Part shown: positions 38,850-49,074 of the stretch, in pieces
Layout of the letters: every line of letters begins with the position of its first letter
Numbering within the stretch: the stretch's first letter is position 1
Source of the DNA: a bacterium
Lineage (GTDB): Bacteria > Hinthialibacterota > Hinthialibacteria > Hinthialibacterales > Hinthialibacteraceae
Assembly: GCA_963662285.2 (NCBI GenBank)
Contig: CAXXMV010000001.1
Coordinates: 96,001 to 160,000 of the forward strand
Reading direction: 5' to 3'
Length of the DNA stretch: 64,000 nt
Program-made: the position numbers and the translations under genes
The notes under the pieces: model-generated
The model's database searches: none
The model's input: the letters and a program-made list of their open reading frames with translations, nothing else
What the model was told of the DNA's origin: nothing

Positions 38850-39578
38850 ATGCCCGAAAATTCAATAATCATTGATATTCCCCTTCTAACATCCAACGCA
38901 AAACCACTTGAACTGGCGTTAATTCCCGCAGGCTCATTCACTATGGGCAGCCCCGATCATGAAAAGGATCGACGTAACGATGAAGGTCCAGTCCATCAAG
39001 TGACAATCACCAAACCATTCTACCTGGGGAAATTCCCCATCACTCAAATCCAATGGCAAACCGTAATGGGTAATAATCCTTCACTTTTCCAGGGAATGAA
39101 CCGTCCGGTTACACGAATATCCTGGGATCATTGTCAAACGTTCATCCATAAAATCAACCAGAAGGGCGCCGGGATATTCCGCTTGCCAACCGAGGCCGAG
39201 TGGGAGTATGCCTGCCGGGCGGGAACATCCACCCGTTTTTATTGGGGGGATGATGCAGATTGCAGAGAAATTGACCTAAATGCCTGGTATTCCAACAATT
39301 CAGGCGGGACGCCCCATGAAGTTGGATTAAAGAAACCCAATCCCTGGGGGTTGTTCGATATGAGCGGCAACGTATGCGAATGGTGTCAGGATTGGAAGGG
39401 AGATTATCCTTCTGCTGATGTAGTTGATCCACAAGGCCCTGATAGCGGCGAGTTCCATGTAATACGCGGCGGCGCCTTTGGCTATTATTCCGGAGACTGC
39501 CGGTCGGCCATACGCTGCTTCGGAAGGCCAGCCTACCTATTTTACGGCAATAGTTTTCGTTTAGTTAAAATGGCATAA
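38850..39578 (+). CDS. formylglycine-generating enzyme (FGE-sulfatase) domain protein
   Basis: IPAGSFTMGS, RLPTEAEWEYACRAG, NPWGLFDMSGNVCEW, RGG, FRL. Confidence 0.92.
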   Translation: MPENSIIIDIPLLTSNAKPLELALIPAGSFTMGSPDHEKDRRNDEGPVHQVTITKPFYLGKFPITQIQWQTVMGNNPSLFQGMNRPVTRISWDHCQTFIHKINQKGAGIFRLPTEAEWEYACRAGTSTRFYWGDDADCREIDLNAWYSNNSGGTPHEVGLKKPNPWGLFDMSGNVCEWCQDWKGDYPSADVVDPQGPDSGEFHVIRGGAFGYYSGDCRSAIRCFGRPAYLFYGNSFRLVKMA

Positions 39579-39894
39579 AATGGCAACATCATGCCATTTT
39601 ACAATTTTTCCCCTCAATTCCGCTTATGGATGGTTACAAAAACAAGTCTTGTATTATAGAATCTTTTCTAACAATTGTGGAATAAGAAATGATTTTATGG
39701 ATTGGGGATGATTTCGTCTTGCTCTCCTTTTAATTATATTTCTTACCATTTAATTCATCTTGGTTATAGCGGAAGTTTCACCCTCCCCTATTGGCATTAG
39801 GGAAAGAGATGACCGCGCATATTTTTTTAAGTGTGAGAGTTCTTCTACTTTACTAAATTTTACTAAATAAAAGAAACGAGAGGAAAGTATTTCA

Positions 39895-42800
39895 ATGCCC
39901 AGACGCGAAGACATTAAAAAAGTATTGATTATAGGTTCTGGACCCATCGTGATCGGCCAGGCGTGTGAGTTCGACTATTCTGGAACTCAGGCCTGCAAGG
40001 CTCTGCGCGAATTAGGATACGAAATTGTCCTGGTTAACTCCAATCCAGCTACTATTATGACCGATCCGGGAATGGCCGATGTCACCTACATCGAACCGCT
40101 CGAACTAGATTCGATCACCAAGATTATCGAAAAAGAACGCCCCGACGCACTGCTGCCAAACCTGGGCGGGCAATCGGCGTTGAATCTGGCGTCGGAACTC
40201 CACAAGGCCGGCGTTCTGGAAAAGTATGACGTCAAAGTCATCGGCGTTCAGGTAGATGCCATCGAACGCGGCGAAGATCGCGTGGCCTTTAAGCAAACTA
40301 TGGACTCGCTGGGCATCGAAATGCCCAAAAGCACAGCGGTTTACAATGTCGAAGACGCCGAAAAAGTTGCGGCGGAACTGGAATATCCGGTAGTGATTCG
40401 TCCCGCTTACACTATGGGCGGCACCGGAGGCGGTCTGGTATATAACGTGGAAGAGTTACGAGTTATAGCCAGTCGTGGTTTGGCGGTCAGCTTGATCCAT
40501 CAGATTCTGGTTGAAGAATCGGTGCTGGGCTGGGAAGAGTTGGAACTGGAAGTAGTGCGCGACGCCAAGAACCAGTTGATTACTGTCTGCTTCATCGAAA
40601 ACGTTGACGCCATGGGCGTACATACCGGAGATTCATATTGCACCGCCCCCATGTTGACCATCTCTCCAGAACTTCAGGCCAAATTGCAAGATTATTCATA
40701 CCGCATCGTCGAAGCCATTCAAGTTATCGGTGGAACCAATGTCCAGTTCGCCCATAATCCCAAAGACGGACGGGTAGTGGTCATCGAGATTAATCCGCGC
40801 ACCTCACGTTCATCAGCCTTAGCCTCAAAAGCGACTGGATTCCCCATAGCCCTTATTTCATCCAAACTGGCAGCGGGATTAACTATGGATGAAATCCCCT
40901 ATTGGCGCGACGGAACATTGGAAAAGTATACCCCGTCTGGTGATTATGTAGTTGTCAAGTTCGCTCGCTGGGCTTTCGAGAAATTCAAGGACGCGGAAGA
41001 CAAACTAGGAACCCAGATGCGGGCCGTCGGCGAAGTAATGTCCATCGGCAAAAACTATAAAGAAGCATTCCAGAAAGCCATCCGCTCGCTCGAACAAGGG
41101 CGCTATGGGCTTGGATTCGCCAAGGATTTCAACACGCTGCCGCTGGAAAAGTTGATGAAACGGCTCAACGAACCCAGCAGCGAACGCCAGTTCCTGATGT
41201 ACGAAGCGCTTCGTAAAGGAGCGACTGTCGAGGAACTATTCGAAAAAACCTACATCAAAGCCTGGTTCATTGAACAGATGAAGGAACTGGTTGAACTTGA
41301 GGAGCAGATTCTGAAATATAAAGGCAAACTGCCTCCCGACGAGCTGCTGATTCAGGCTAAAAAAGATGGATTCGCTGATAAGTACCTATCGAAACTGCTA
41401 GGCGTCTCAGAAGAGACCATCCGCAATCAACGCATCGCGCTTGGCCTTAAGGAAGCATGGGAGCCAGTCCCGGTATCCGGTGTGGAAGACGCCGCCTATT
41501 ATTTCTCCACCTATAATGCTCCTGACGCAGTTAAGACTACTAGCAACAAGAAAGTCATGGTGCTGGGTGGTGGACCAAACCGCATCGGCCAGGGCATCGA
41601 ATTCGATTACTGCTGCGTCCACGCCGCTTTTGCTGCGCGCGATGCTGGATACGAAACAATTATCGTCAACTGCAATCCGGAAACAGTTTCCACTGATTAT
41701 GACACCTCCGACAAACTCTATTTTGAACCGTTGACGGTTGAGGATGTCTTAAGTATTTACGAAAAAGAGAAGCCCGAAGGCGCAATCGTTCAGTTCGGCG
41801 GCCAGACGCCGCTCAATATCGCTGAAGAGTTAGAGAAGAATGGCGTCAAGATTCTGGGAACCTCGCCCGCCACTATCGAAATGGCTGAGGATCGCGACAT
41901 ATTCCGCAAGATGATGGAAAAACTGGGCATTCCCATGCCAGCGGCCGCGATGGCTTCCAACCTGGAGCAAGCCCTGACAGCGGCGGAACGCATCGGCTAC
42001 CCGCTTATGCTGCGGCCTTCGTTCGTGCTGGGCGGACGCGGTATGGAGATTATCTACGACGAAAATATGCTGCGCGAATACGTAATGACCGCTGTTGGAG
42101 TAACCCCGGAACGTCCTATCCTGATTGACAAGTTCCTGGAGAACGCAGTTGAGATGGAGACCGACGCCATTTCCGATGGAACCGATGTGTTTATTCCAGC
42201 TATCATGGAGCACATCGAACAGGCTGGAGTGCATTCAGGAGATTCGGCCTGCGTCATCCCACCGATCAGCATACCCGAAAAGCACCTGAAGACTATTTCC
42301 GAATACACCAAAAAGATTGCTCAGGAACTAAATGTAGTTGGATTAATGAACATGCAGTACGCCATCGCCGACGAAGTGGTCTACGTGCTCGAAGCCAATC
42401 CACGCGCCTCACGCACCGTGCCGCTGGTTTCTAAAGTATGCAATATCTCCATGGCAAGAATCGCCACTGAGATCATGCTGGGCAAAAAACTGTCCGACAT
42501 GAATTTGACCCACAAAAAGATACCTCATTTCGGCGTCAAGGAATCGGTCTTCCCCTTCTCCATGTTCCCCGAAGTCGATCCGGTCTTAGGGCCGGAAATG
42601 CGTTCTACTGGCGAAGTGCTGGGCATAGCCGATTCGTTCGGAATGGCCTTTTTCAAATCGCAAGCGGGCGCCAAGCAAACCCTGCCTACTGAAGGCGCGG
42701 TTCTTATGAGCCTGACCGACAAGGATAATCCGCAGGTACTAAAGGCGGCGCAGAAATTCGTTGACCTTGGTTTCACCATCAAAGCCACTCAGGGAACTCA

Positions 42801-43095
42801 TGATTACCTGACCAGCAAGGGATTTAAGACAGAGTCGATTCTCAAACTGCACGAAGGACGTCCTAATATCGAGGACGGCATCAAGAACAACGAGATTCAA
42901 TTGGTTATCAACACTCCCATAGGCCGCCTGGGTCAACACGACGATTCATACATCCGTAAGACAGCCGTAAAATACAAAGTGCCATACATCACCACCCTGG
43001 CCGCAGCGGTAGCAGCCGCCGAAGGCATAGCCGCCCGCCGCACCAGCGGAAACGAAGTAAAATCCCTACAAAGATACCACCAGGATATTAAGTAA
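39895..43095 (+). CDS. carB: carbamoyl-phosphate synthase large subunit
   Basis: MPRREDIKKVLIIGSGPIVIGQACEFDYSG, duplicated ATP-grasp halves, GPNRIGQGIEFDYCCVH, C-terminal MGS domain. Confidence 0.98.
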   Translation: MPRREDIKKVLIIGSGPIVIGQACEFDYSGTQACKALRELGYEIVLVNSNPATIMTDPGMADVTYIEPLELDSITKIIEKERPDALLPNLGGQSALNLASELHKAGVLEKYDVKVIGVQVDAIERGEDRVAFKQTMDSLGIEMPKSTAVYNVEDAEKVAAELEYPVVIRPAYTMGGTGGGLVYNVEELRVIASRGLAVSLIHQILVEESVLGWEELELEVVRDAKNQLITVCFIENVDAMGVHTGDSYCTAPMLTISPELQAKLQDYSYRIVEAIQVIGGTNVQFAHNPKDGRVVVIEINPRTSRSSALASKATGFPIALISSKLAAGLTMDEIPYWRDGTLEKYTPSGDYVVVKFARWAFEKFKDAEDKLGTQMRAVGEVMSIGKNYKEAFQKAIRSLEQGRYGLGFAKDFNTLPLEKLMKRLNEPSSERQFLMYEALRKGATVEELFEKTYIKAWFIEQMKELVELEEQILKYKGKLPPDELLIQAKKDGFADKYLSKLLGVSEETIRNQRIALGLKEAWEPVPVSGVEDAAYYFSTYNAPDAVKTTSNKKVMVLGGGPNRIGQGIEFDYCCVHAAFAARDAGYETIIVNCNPETVSTDYDTSDKLYFEPLTVEDVLSIYEKEKPEGAIVQFGGQTPLNIAEELEKNGVKILGTSPATIEMAEDRDIFRKMMEKLGIPMPAAAMASNLEQALTAAERIGYPLMLRPSFVLGGRGMEIIYDENMLREYVMTAVGVTPERPILIDKFLENAVEMETDAISDGTDVFIPAIMEHIEQAGVHSGDSACVIPPISIPEKHLKTISEYTKKIAQELNVVGLMNMQYAIADEVVYVLEANPRASRTVPLVSKVCNISMARIATEIMLGKKLSDMNLTHKKIPHFGVKESVFPFSMFPEVDPVLGPEMRSTGEVLGIADSFGMAFFKSQAGAKQTLPTEGAVLMSLTDKDNPQVLKAAQKFVDLGFTIKATQGTHDYLTSKGFKTESILKLHEGRPNIEDGIKNNEIQLVINTPIGRLGQHDDSYIRKTAVKYKVPYITTLAAAVAAAEGIAARRTSGNEVKSLQRYHQDIK

Positions 43096-43108
43096 TTAAG
43101 AAAATCAC

Positions 43109-43146
43109 ACCATAATCCTTCCCCTCTATAGGGGGAGGATTATGGT
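43109..43146. terminator. hairpin downstream of carB
   Basis: ACCATAATCCT...AGGATTATGGT stem. Confidence 0.65.
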
Positions 43147-43256
43147 AATATCATTAAATCCCCTTCCCACTCTTCTGCAATTTATTTACAGGATTGAATT
43201 TCACTTTCATACATCATCTTTTCATTTTTTGTTGCATAACATCATACAAACTCTTT

Positions 43257-43795
43257 GTAACGATTTAGTTGTTTGAAGGCAGGGTAGGCGGTAGAGGGGG
43301 CAATTGACCGGTGCAGATGGCGGTTTTCAGCGCATCCACCACTTCGCCCGACGTATTGTAGCCACGGCGTTTGAGTGTGCGAAAAACCGTCATCAGAATG
43401 GACTGCGTTTTCGCTCCCGCTTCGCTTTGGTTGCCCTGAATCATCTTGCGCATAATGACCTCCGGTTGGATATTGGCCGGAATGTCTTCGATCACGCGGG
43501 TACGTTTGGCGCTTTCGCTTTGGCAAGGCGTGACGGGCCCTCCGCAATCCGGGCATCTCTCCAGCGGAGGATGCTGTACTCGATTCGTGATTTTCGTATT
43601 TTTCTTACGCCCGCTTCCAGGATCTTTCTGAATGAGAGCGAGAATCGCCTCTTCGGTCAGTCCCCTACGCCCTACAGAATTTCCTGGAGAATTCTCTGAG
43701 CGGTTTCTTGGTTATGGTTCATACCACATATAAATTCAAAACCGCCTCTGAAGTAACGCTAGGTGTAATCTATTTTTTTGGATATACAACTACCG
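43257..43795 (-). mobile_element. internally deleted IS66-family element (copy A)
   Basis: Terminus GTAACGATTTAGT at 43257; fragment VIMRKMIQGNQSEAGAKTQSILMTVFRTLKRRGYN resembles the TnpC C-terminus. Homologous to 57250-57587 in inverted orientation; the inner end is degenerate and its coordinate approximate. Confidence 0.8.
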
Positions 43796-43943
43796 TTTTT
43801 TTATGGGAAAAAGGATGCGAATTATTCCATGAAATAATTCATCTAAATCGTTGTTTTAATCTAGTAATGAATCTTCTGTTATGATATAGAATACTCCAAA
43901 AATCGAATTATTTAAATTCCATGACAATTCCAAAGGAAAAACC

Positions 43944-46424
43944 ATGCCAAAGATTCTATTTGCTTTATTAATAAGTTTATTAGTAGTACATAGTTCCATT
44001 GTAATGAGTCAAGATTCAACCTCAGTGATTAACTATATCGGTGTTTTAACTGATGATGGATTGTCGGCCAATGGTGAATATGATCTAATATTTACGCTGT
44101 TTGATAAACAGACAAATGGAGTTCAAATCGGTAACTCTATGACATTTGAAAACGAATACGTTCAAACTGGCCGCATAATTCTTGACCTCGATTTTGGAAT
44201 CGGCGTGTTTGATGGGAATCCCCGATTTCTCCAAATTGCGATTCGAAGAGGAAACGACGAAGGATCGTATACCGAGCTGACTCCCCGGCAAGAAATAAAA
44301 CCCTCCCCTTACGCTATATACGCTCAAAATGCGCCCAGGAAAGTCAATGGAACCGACGGCATCGGTTTTGAGGTCGTCAATAAGAATTCCAGCGGCGTCG
44401 GTATAATCGGGCAAGCGGGAAGTTCCGAGGGTAATTCCCCCATACAGTCCGCTTCGAATAAGAAAGTTTCGGGCTTAGAGAGTTCTACGGAGAGAAACGC
44501 GCCTCTCCTTGATCCAACTCAAGGCATAGGCGTGTTGGGACGCGGGGAAATTGGCGTCAAGGGTGAAGGAAAACTTGGAGTGCTGGGAGAAAGCAGCGCT
44601 GAAAACGGTTCGGGCGTAGGGGGAGCCAGCGAAGGAGCGGAGGGTTCGGGCGTGGAAGGGATGGCGTATCATGCAAGCGCCGTTTCCTATGGCGTCAGAG
44701 GGAGCGCAATCAGTGCATTGGGATACGGGGTATACGGCGAAAACCTCTCGAAATCCGATATAGGAATCGGCGTATACGGTAAAAGCGAAAATGGCTTCGG
44801 CGTCAACGGCGATGGGAAGATCGGCGTCGGGGGCATGAGCGAGGTGGAGGGCGGAATTGGAGTTGCCGGTTCCGCGATTAGCGCTCAAGGCGAATCGTCC
44901 GGGGTGGAAGGCGAAACTAACAGTCCAAGGGGATACGGAGTATTCGGCGTCAATAATTCGCAATTGGAAGGCGGAACGGCTGTGGGAGTAAAAGGTTTGA
45001 GTTCCAAGGGAATCGGCGTACTCGGCGAAGGAGCCGTCGGTGTTTTGGGAGAAAGCAGCGCCGAAAACGGTTCGGGCGTAGGGGGAACCAGCGAAGGATC
45101 GGAGGGCGTGGGTGTGGAAGGGATGGCGTATCACGCAAGCGCCGTTTCCTATGGCGTCAGAGGGAGCGCAATCAGTGCGTTGGGATACGGGGTATACGGC
45201 GAAAACCTCTCGAAATCCGATATAGGAATCGGCGTATACGGTAAAAGCGAAAATGGCTTCGGCGTCACTGGCGATGGGAAGATCGGCGTCGGGGGCATGA
45301 GCGAGGTGGAGGGCGGAATTGGAGTTGCCGGTTCCGCGATTAGCGCTCAAGGCGAATCGTCCGGGGTGGAAGGCGAAACTAACAGTCCAAGGGGATACGG
45401 AGTATTCGGCGTCAATAATTCGCAATTGGAAGGCGGAACGGCTGTGGGAGTAAAAGGTTTGAGTTCCAAGGGAATCGGCGTACTCGGCGAAGGAGCCGTC
45501 GGTGTTTTGGGAGAAAGCAGCGCCGAAAACGGTTCGGGCGTAGGGGGAACCAGCGAAGGAGCGGAGGGCTCGGGCGTGGAAGGGATGGCGTATCATGCAA
45601 GCGCGGTTTCCTACGGCGTCAGAGGGAGCGCAATCAGTGCGTTAGGATACGGAGTGCACGGCGAGAACCTCTCGAAGTCTGATCTGGGAATCGGCGTACA
45701 CGGAAAAAGCGAAAACGGAACCGGCGTTGACGGAGAGGGAAAGATCGGCGTTGCAGGAATGAGCGATAATGAAGAAGGCATTGGTGTTTGCGGCGCTTCA
45801 TTGGGTAAAAATGGAGTCGGCGTTGCAGGAGATGGAGGCGCCAATAACGTGGGTGGGCGTTTTATGAGTACCAATAACGTAGCGCTTCTCGCCCAAAGCG
45901 AGAAAGGAAATCCCTTCGAAGCCTGGAACGGCAACGAAGCGGTATTCCGCGTTAGCAACAGCGGAAATGTCTATGCCGATGGAACGTACCAAAGCCCCGC
46001 TGCCGATTTTGCAGAAATGCTTCCCGCCGCCGAGGGCTTAGAACCGGGAGACGTTCTTTCCATCTCCCCCGAAGGAAAAGCGATCCTATCCGATGTGGAC
46101 AAGGCCAGTTCTATTATGGGCGTCTATTCCACTAAACCAGCCTTTCTTGGAGGAATTTCCGGATCGGAAACAGGAAGCCATAAAGTTCCGGTGGCCATCA
46201 TGGGCGTGGTTCCCGTAAAGACATCGAATGAGAACGGCCCCGTTCGCCCCAACGATGTTTTGACCGCCAGCTCTAAATATCCAGGTCACGCCTGCAAGGC
46301 GAAACCGCTATTGACAACCGAAAACGGACAGGCGATCTATGCGGGGGGAACGATTCTCGGACGTGCTCTATCCTCGCTGGATGGCGAAACAGGTCTGGTG
46401 AAGGCGCTCATTCAATTGCGATAA
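43944..46424 (+). CDS. secreted fibre-like protein: N-terminal Y.G.L...G.YD..F.L domain, GVxG repeats, C-terminal ADFAE chaperone-like domain
   Basis: Signal peptide; 154-aa tandem repeats; C-terminal YADGTYQSPAADFAEM...GDV...GVYSTKP...G.VPVK...ILGRAL. Confidence 0.85.
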   Translation: MPKILFALLISLLVVHSSIVMSQDSTSVINYIGVLTDDGLSANGEYDLIFTLFDKQTNGVQIGNSMTFENEYVQTGRIILDLDFGIGVFDGNPRFLQIAIRRGNDEGSYTELTPRQEIKPSPYAIYAQNAPRKVNGTDGIGFEVVNKNSSGVGIIGQAGSSEGNSPIQSASNKKVSGLESSTERNAPLLDPTQGIGVLGRGEIGVKGEGKLGVLGESSAENGSGVGGASEGAEGSGVEGMAYHASAVSYGVRGSAISALGYGVYGENLSKSDIGIGVYGKSENGFGVNGDGKIGVGGMSEVEGGIGVAGSAISAQGESSGVEGETNSPRGYGVFGVNNSQLEGGTAVGVKGLSSKGIGVLGEGAVGVLGESSAENGSGVGGTSEGSEGVGVEGMAYHASAVSYGVRGSAISALGYGVYGENLSKSDIGIGVYGKSENGFGVTGDGKIGVGGMSEVEGGIGVAGSAISAQGESSGVEGETNSPRGYGVFGVNNSQLEGGTAVGVKGLSSKGIGVLGEGAVGVLGESSAENGSGVGGTSEGAEGSGVEGMAYHASAVSYGVRGSAISALGYGVHGENLSKSDLGIGVHGKSENGTGVDGEGKIGVAGMSDNEEGIGVCGASLGKNGVGVAGDGGANNVGGRFMSTNNVALLAQSEKGNPFEAWNGNEAVFRVSNSGNVYADGTYQSPAADFAEMLPAAEGLEPGDVLSISPEGKAILSDVDKASSIMGVYSTKPAFLGGISGSETGSHKVPVAIMGVVPVKTSNENGPVRPNDVLTASSKYPGHACKAKPLLTTENGQAIYAGGTILGRALSSLDGETGLVKALIQLR
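44577..45765 (+). repeat. intragenic 462-bp tandem repeat, about 2.6 copies
   Basis: Units start at 44577, 45039 and 45501 (GVLGESSAENGSGVGG); near-identical DNA. Confidence 0.92.
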
Positions 46425-46477
46425 ATTCAACGCCACTCGACCGGGTCAGTAAAACATCCAGATATTGGGGAAGAACA

Positions 46478-48238
46478 ATGACTGCTTTCAATCGTTATTT
46501 CATGCTATTAATACTATCACTCGTATCACTCGCGACGGCGATACAGACATACGGAGCGGGGGAAACGCCGCCGTTTCCGAAATACACTACAGTCGATTTG
46601 GGAGATTTCGAACCCATCGCGATTAATAATGTGGGGAATGCGATCGGAGCTATTCGCGATACCCAAACTAACGCCGTCAAATACGCATTTTGGAAACAAG
46701 GCGAAACTTTCGAAATAAAGGGCTTGAGCGGAGAAATGATCCAACTGAGGGATATCAACGATCTGGATCAGGTCGTTGGAGGAGATTACAAACTGTTCGA
46801 GGACGGCGCCAAGAAGTTTCACGCGTTTCTTTGGGAAAACGGCGCGACGACCGATCTACATCCCACCGAGTTGGAAGATAAATTCAATTTATATCTAAAC
46901 GATCCAGATTACATCGTTAAAACGGACGTAGCGATGCATAACAGCAGCGACGCGTGGGGGATCAACAATCAGGGCGCGATAGTTGGCTATTCCTTGGGCC
47001 AATTCACAGAGCCATTTTACGAACTCCTCTTCACCGACATAACGAACGATAATAAAGAGGTGAAACACATATCCATTAACTTACAAACTTTAATGGGAGC
47101 GATGTGGCAAAATGGAGAGCAACACGTTGTAGGATATCCGATGAAACAAGACGAGAACAATGTTTACCCATTTTACTTTTATCCCTATTGGTATCCAACG
47201 AGCATTAACGACTTGGGCGACGTAACGGGAAGGATGTTTTTCGGTCGAGGCGCGCCGCCGACGGATTGGACGCTTTTGAATCAAAAATATGCATTTGTTG
47301 TCAGGAACGGATCGATATCGATTTTGAAAGGCCCCGATGGAGAAGAAAGCGAAGGAGTAAAGATCAATAATTCAGGATACGTGCTGGGACATTACGATTC
47401 CAGCTTGGGAGAAGGGTACCGCGTTTGTTATTGGTATGACGGACGATGCGTCTCGTTGCACCAATCCTCGTGGCTAACCGAATATGCCTACGATATCAAC
47501 GACGCCACCCCGTCACCTCAAATCGTAGGATTTGCGATGGACCAAGAGGCAACGAATATGTTCGCCTTTCTGGCGCAAAACGATACTGTCATCAATCTGA
47601 ACGAATTGATCGACGCCGATTCGGGTTGGTATTTAGAAACGGCGCAATCGATCAACGATCAGGGGTGGATAGCCGGTTCGGGTATTTATCAAAACCAACG
47701 ACGGGGATTTCTCTTAAAACCAGAGTCCGGGCCTATATTTAAGATCGACAATAAGGGTAACGTTTTCGCGGATGGAACCTATCAAACGCCCGCCGCCGAT
47801 TTCGCCGAACGATGGCTGGTCAGTTCGTCCATCGATCCAACGGAATTGAGCGCCGGTCACGTTCTGTCTCTGAACTCCGATGGCGGCGTGCAATTAGCCC
47901 ATGCAAGGGAATCCATTGCGATTCTTGGAATCTATGCCTCAAAACCAGGATTGCTTGCGGGTTCGCCAAAATTGCCGACGAAATCAAACCGAGGCGCGGT
48001 GTACGTTCCGGTGGCAATGACAGGCATCGTCCCGGCCAAAGCCTGTTGTGAAAACGGTCCTATCATTCCGGGCGACTTGTTATCAATCAGTCGAGAGAAG
48101 CCAGGATATCTTGCTAAAAGCGTTCCGCAAACATTGGGGGAACTCGACTTTCATCCAGTGGGTTCGATTGTGGGGAAAGCGCTCGCTCCCCTGACGGAAG
48201 AAGAAGGGCTCATTCGAATCCTTCTCATCATGCCTTAG
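46478..48238 (+). CDS. secreted HAF-repeat protein with the same C-terminal ADFAE domain
   Basis: Repeats INN.G..VG, HAFLWENG, A..IND.G.I.G; C-terminal VFADGTYQTPAADFAE...IVGKAL. Confidence 0.85.
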   Translation: MTAFNRYFMLLILSLVSLATAIQTYGAGETPPFPKYTTVDLGDFEPIAINNVGNAIGAIRDTQTNAVKYAFWKQGETFEIKGLSGEMIQLRDINDLDQVVGGDYKLFEDGAKKFHAFLWENGATTDLHPTELEDKFNLYLNDPDYIVKTDVAMHNSSDAWGINNQGAIVGYSLGQFTEPFYELLFTDITNDNKEVKHISINLQTLMGAMWQNGEQHVVGYPMKQDENNVYPFYFYPYWYPTSINDLGDVTGRMFFGRGAPPTDWTLLNQKYAFVVRNGSISILKGPDGEESEGVKINNSGYVLGHYDSSLGEGYRVCYWYDGRCVSLHQSSWLTEYAYDINDATPSPQIVGFAMDQEATNMFAFLAQNDTVINLNELIDADSGWYLETAQSINDQGWIAGSGIYQNQRRGFLLKPESGPIFKIDNKGNVFADGTYQTPAADFAERWLVSSSIDPTELSAGHVLSLNSDGGVQLAHARESIAILGIYASKPGLLAGSPKLPTKSNRGAVYVPVAMTGIVPAKACCENGPIIPGDLLSISREKPGYLAKSVPQTLGELDFHPVGSIVGKALAPLTEEEGLIRILLIMP

Positions 48239-48250
48239 AGAGGTGGAAAG

Positions 48251-48523
48251 ATGAATCAATTGTGTAAATCCATTTTGGGATGCGTCTTGATTTTGGCTGT
48301 GTTGATTCCGTTGCTATCCTTCTCTGCGGAGTCATTCGATATACCGTTCTGGACTTTCCACTCCAACGCGGGAACATCCGAAGGGGGAGAATACAAAATC
48401 CAATCCACAATCGGTCAAACAGTGAGTGAGACATCGCGCGGAGGCTCGTTCGTCATCAAGGCGGGCGTTTTAGATTATTTTTCCGGTTTTGAAGTCGACG
48501 TGAGAGATTGGATGATTTATTAA
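48251..48523 (+). CDS. small secreted Gly-rich protein with VRDWMIY tail
   Basis: Signal peptide, RBS GAGG; motif F.I..WT....G.S.GG.Y...STIGQ....S.GG.F...G. Confidence 0.8.
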   Translation: MNQLCKSILGCVLILAVLIPLLSFSAESFDIPFWTFHSNAGTSEGGEYKIQSTIGQTVSETSRGGSFVIKAGVLDYFSGFEVDVRDWMIY

Positions 48524-48977
48524 AATCTGATACTCAATCGATTATTACTACAATGGTCTAGGATCACGAAATATAATTCATAATCGCCTTGGGAAATCAG
48601 AAAGATTAGTGGTTTCCATGTGGAGTGTGCGGATCACTCGACCGAGTCCTAGACCGGCTCACAGATAGAATCAATAGATATGTTTTGATATGAGAATTAA
48701 ACTTGAGATTCGCCATCATCAGATTCTCGCTCGATACCCCCAATGACAATCAATGAAAGTAAAGGCTTTTCAGTTTGGAGTTTACTGGAACAACATACAA
48801 AGAGCGTTTTGGTAATTCGCTATATATCGATTTGAGCATCGCGAGATGGGTTCGATTCTTTGCTGTGGGATTAACAAGATTTCCCGGAGAAAAGGCTAAG
48901 AATACAAGACTTTCAGAAAGTTATCTACCGGCCAGAGTGTATAGCCAAGGCCATTTGAATGTTTTTTAAACATAGAG

Positions 48978-49006
48978 TTGACTTAAGGCAAACAATATTG
49001 TCTAAT
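48978..49006 (+). promoter_or_regulatory. possible sigma70 promoter of the giant protein gene
   Basis: TTGACT, 17-bp spacer, TCTAAT. Confidence 0.4.
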
Positions 49007-49074
49007 ATTAAAGATTAAACAATTTGGTGCTATTTAATTAAGCACATGGAGCTATATAAAAAAAGGTTCGGATC

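Noticed and set aside
44475-45596. 373-aa antisense ORF with internal repeats
   Set aside because: Shadow of the Gly-rich 462-bp repeat on the opposite strand; no independent coding features.
44577-45765. Repeats considered as a CRISPR array
   Set aside because: Long in-frame coding tandem units with no unique spacers and no cas genes.
43944-48523. Prophage tail region
   Set aside because: The proteins carry signal peptides and there are no capsid, terminase, integrase or lysis genes.
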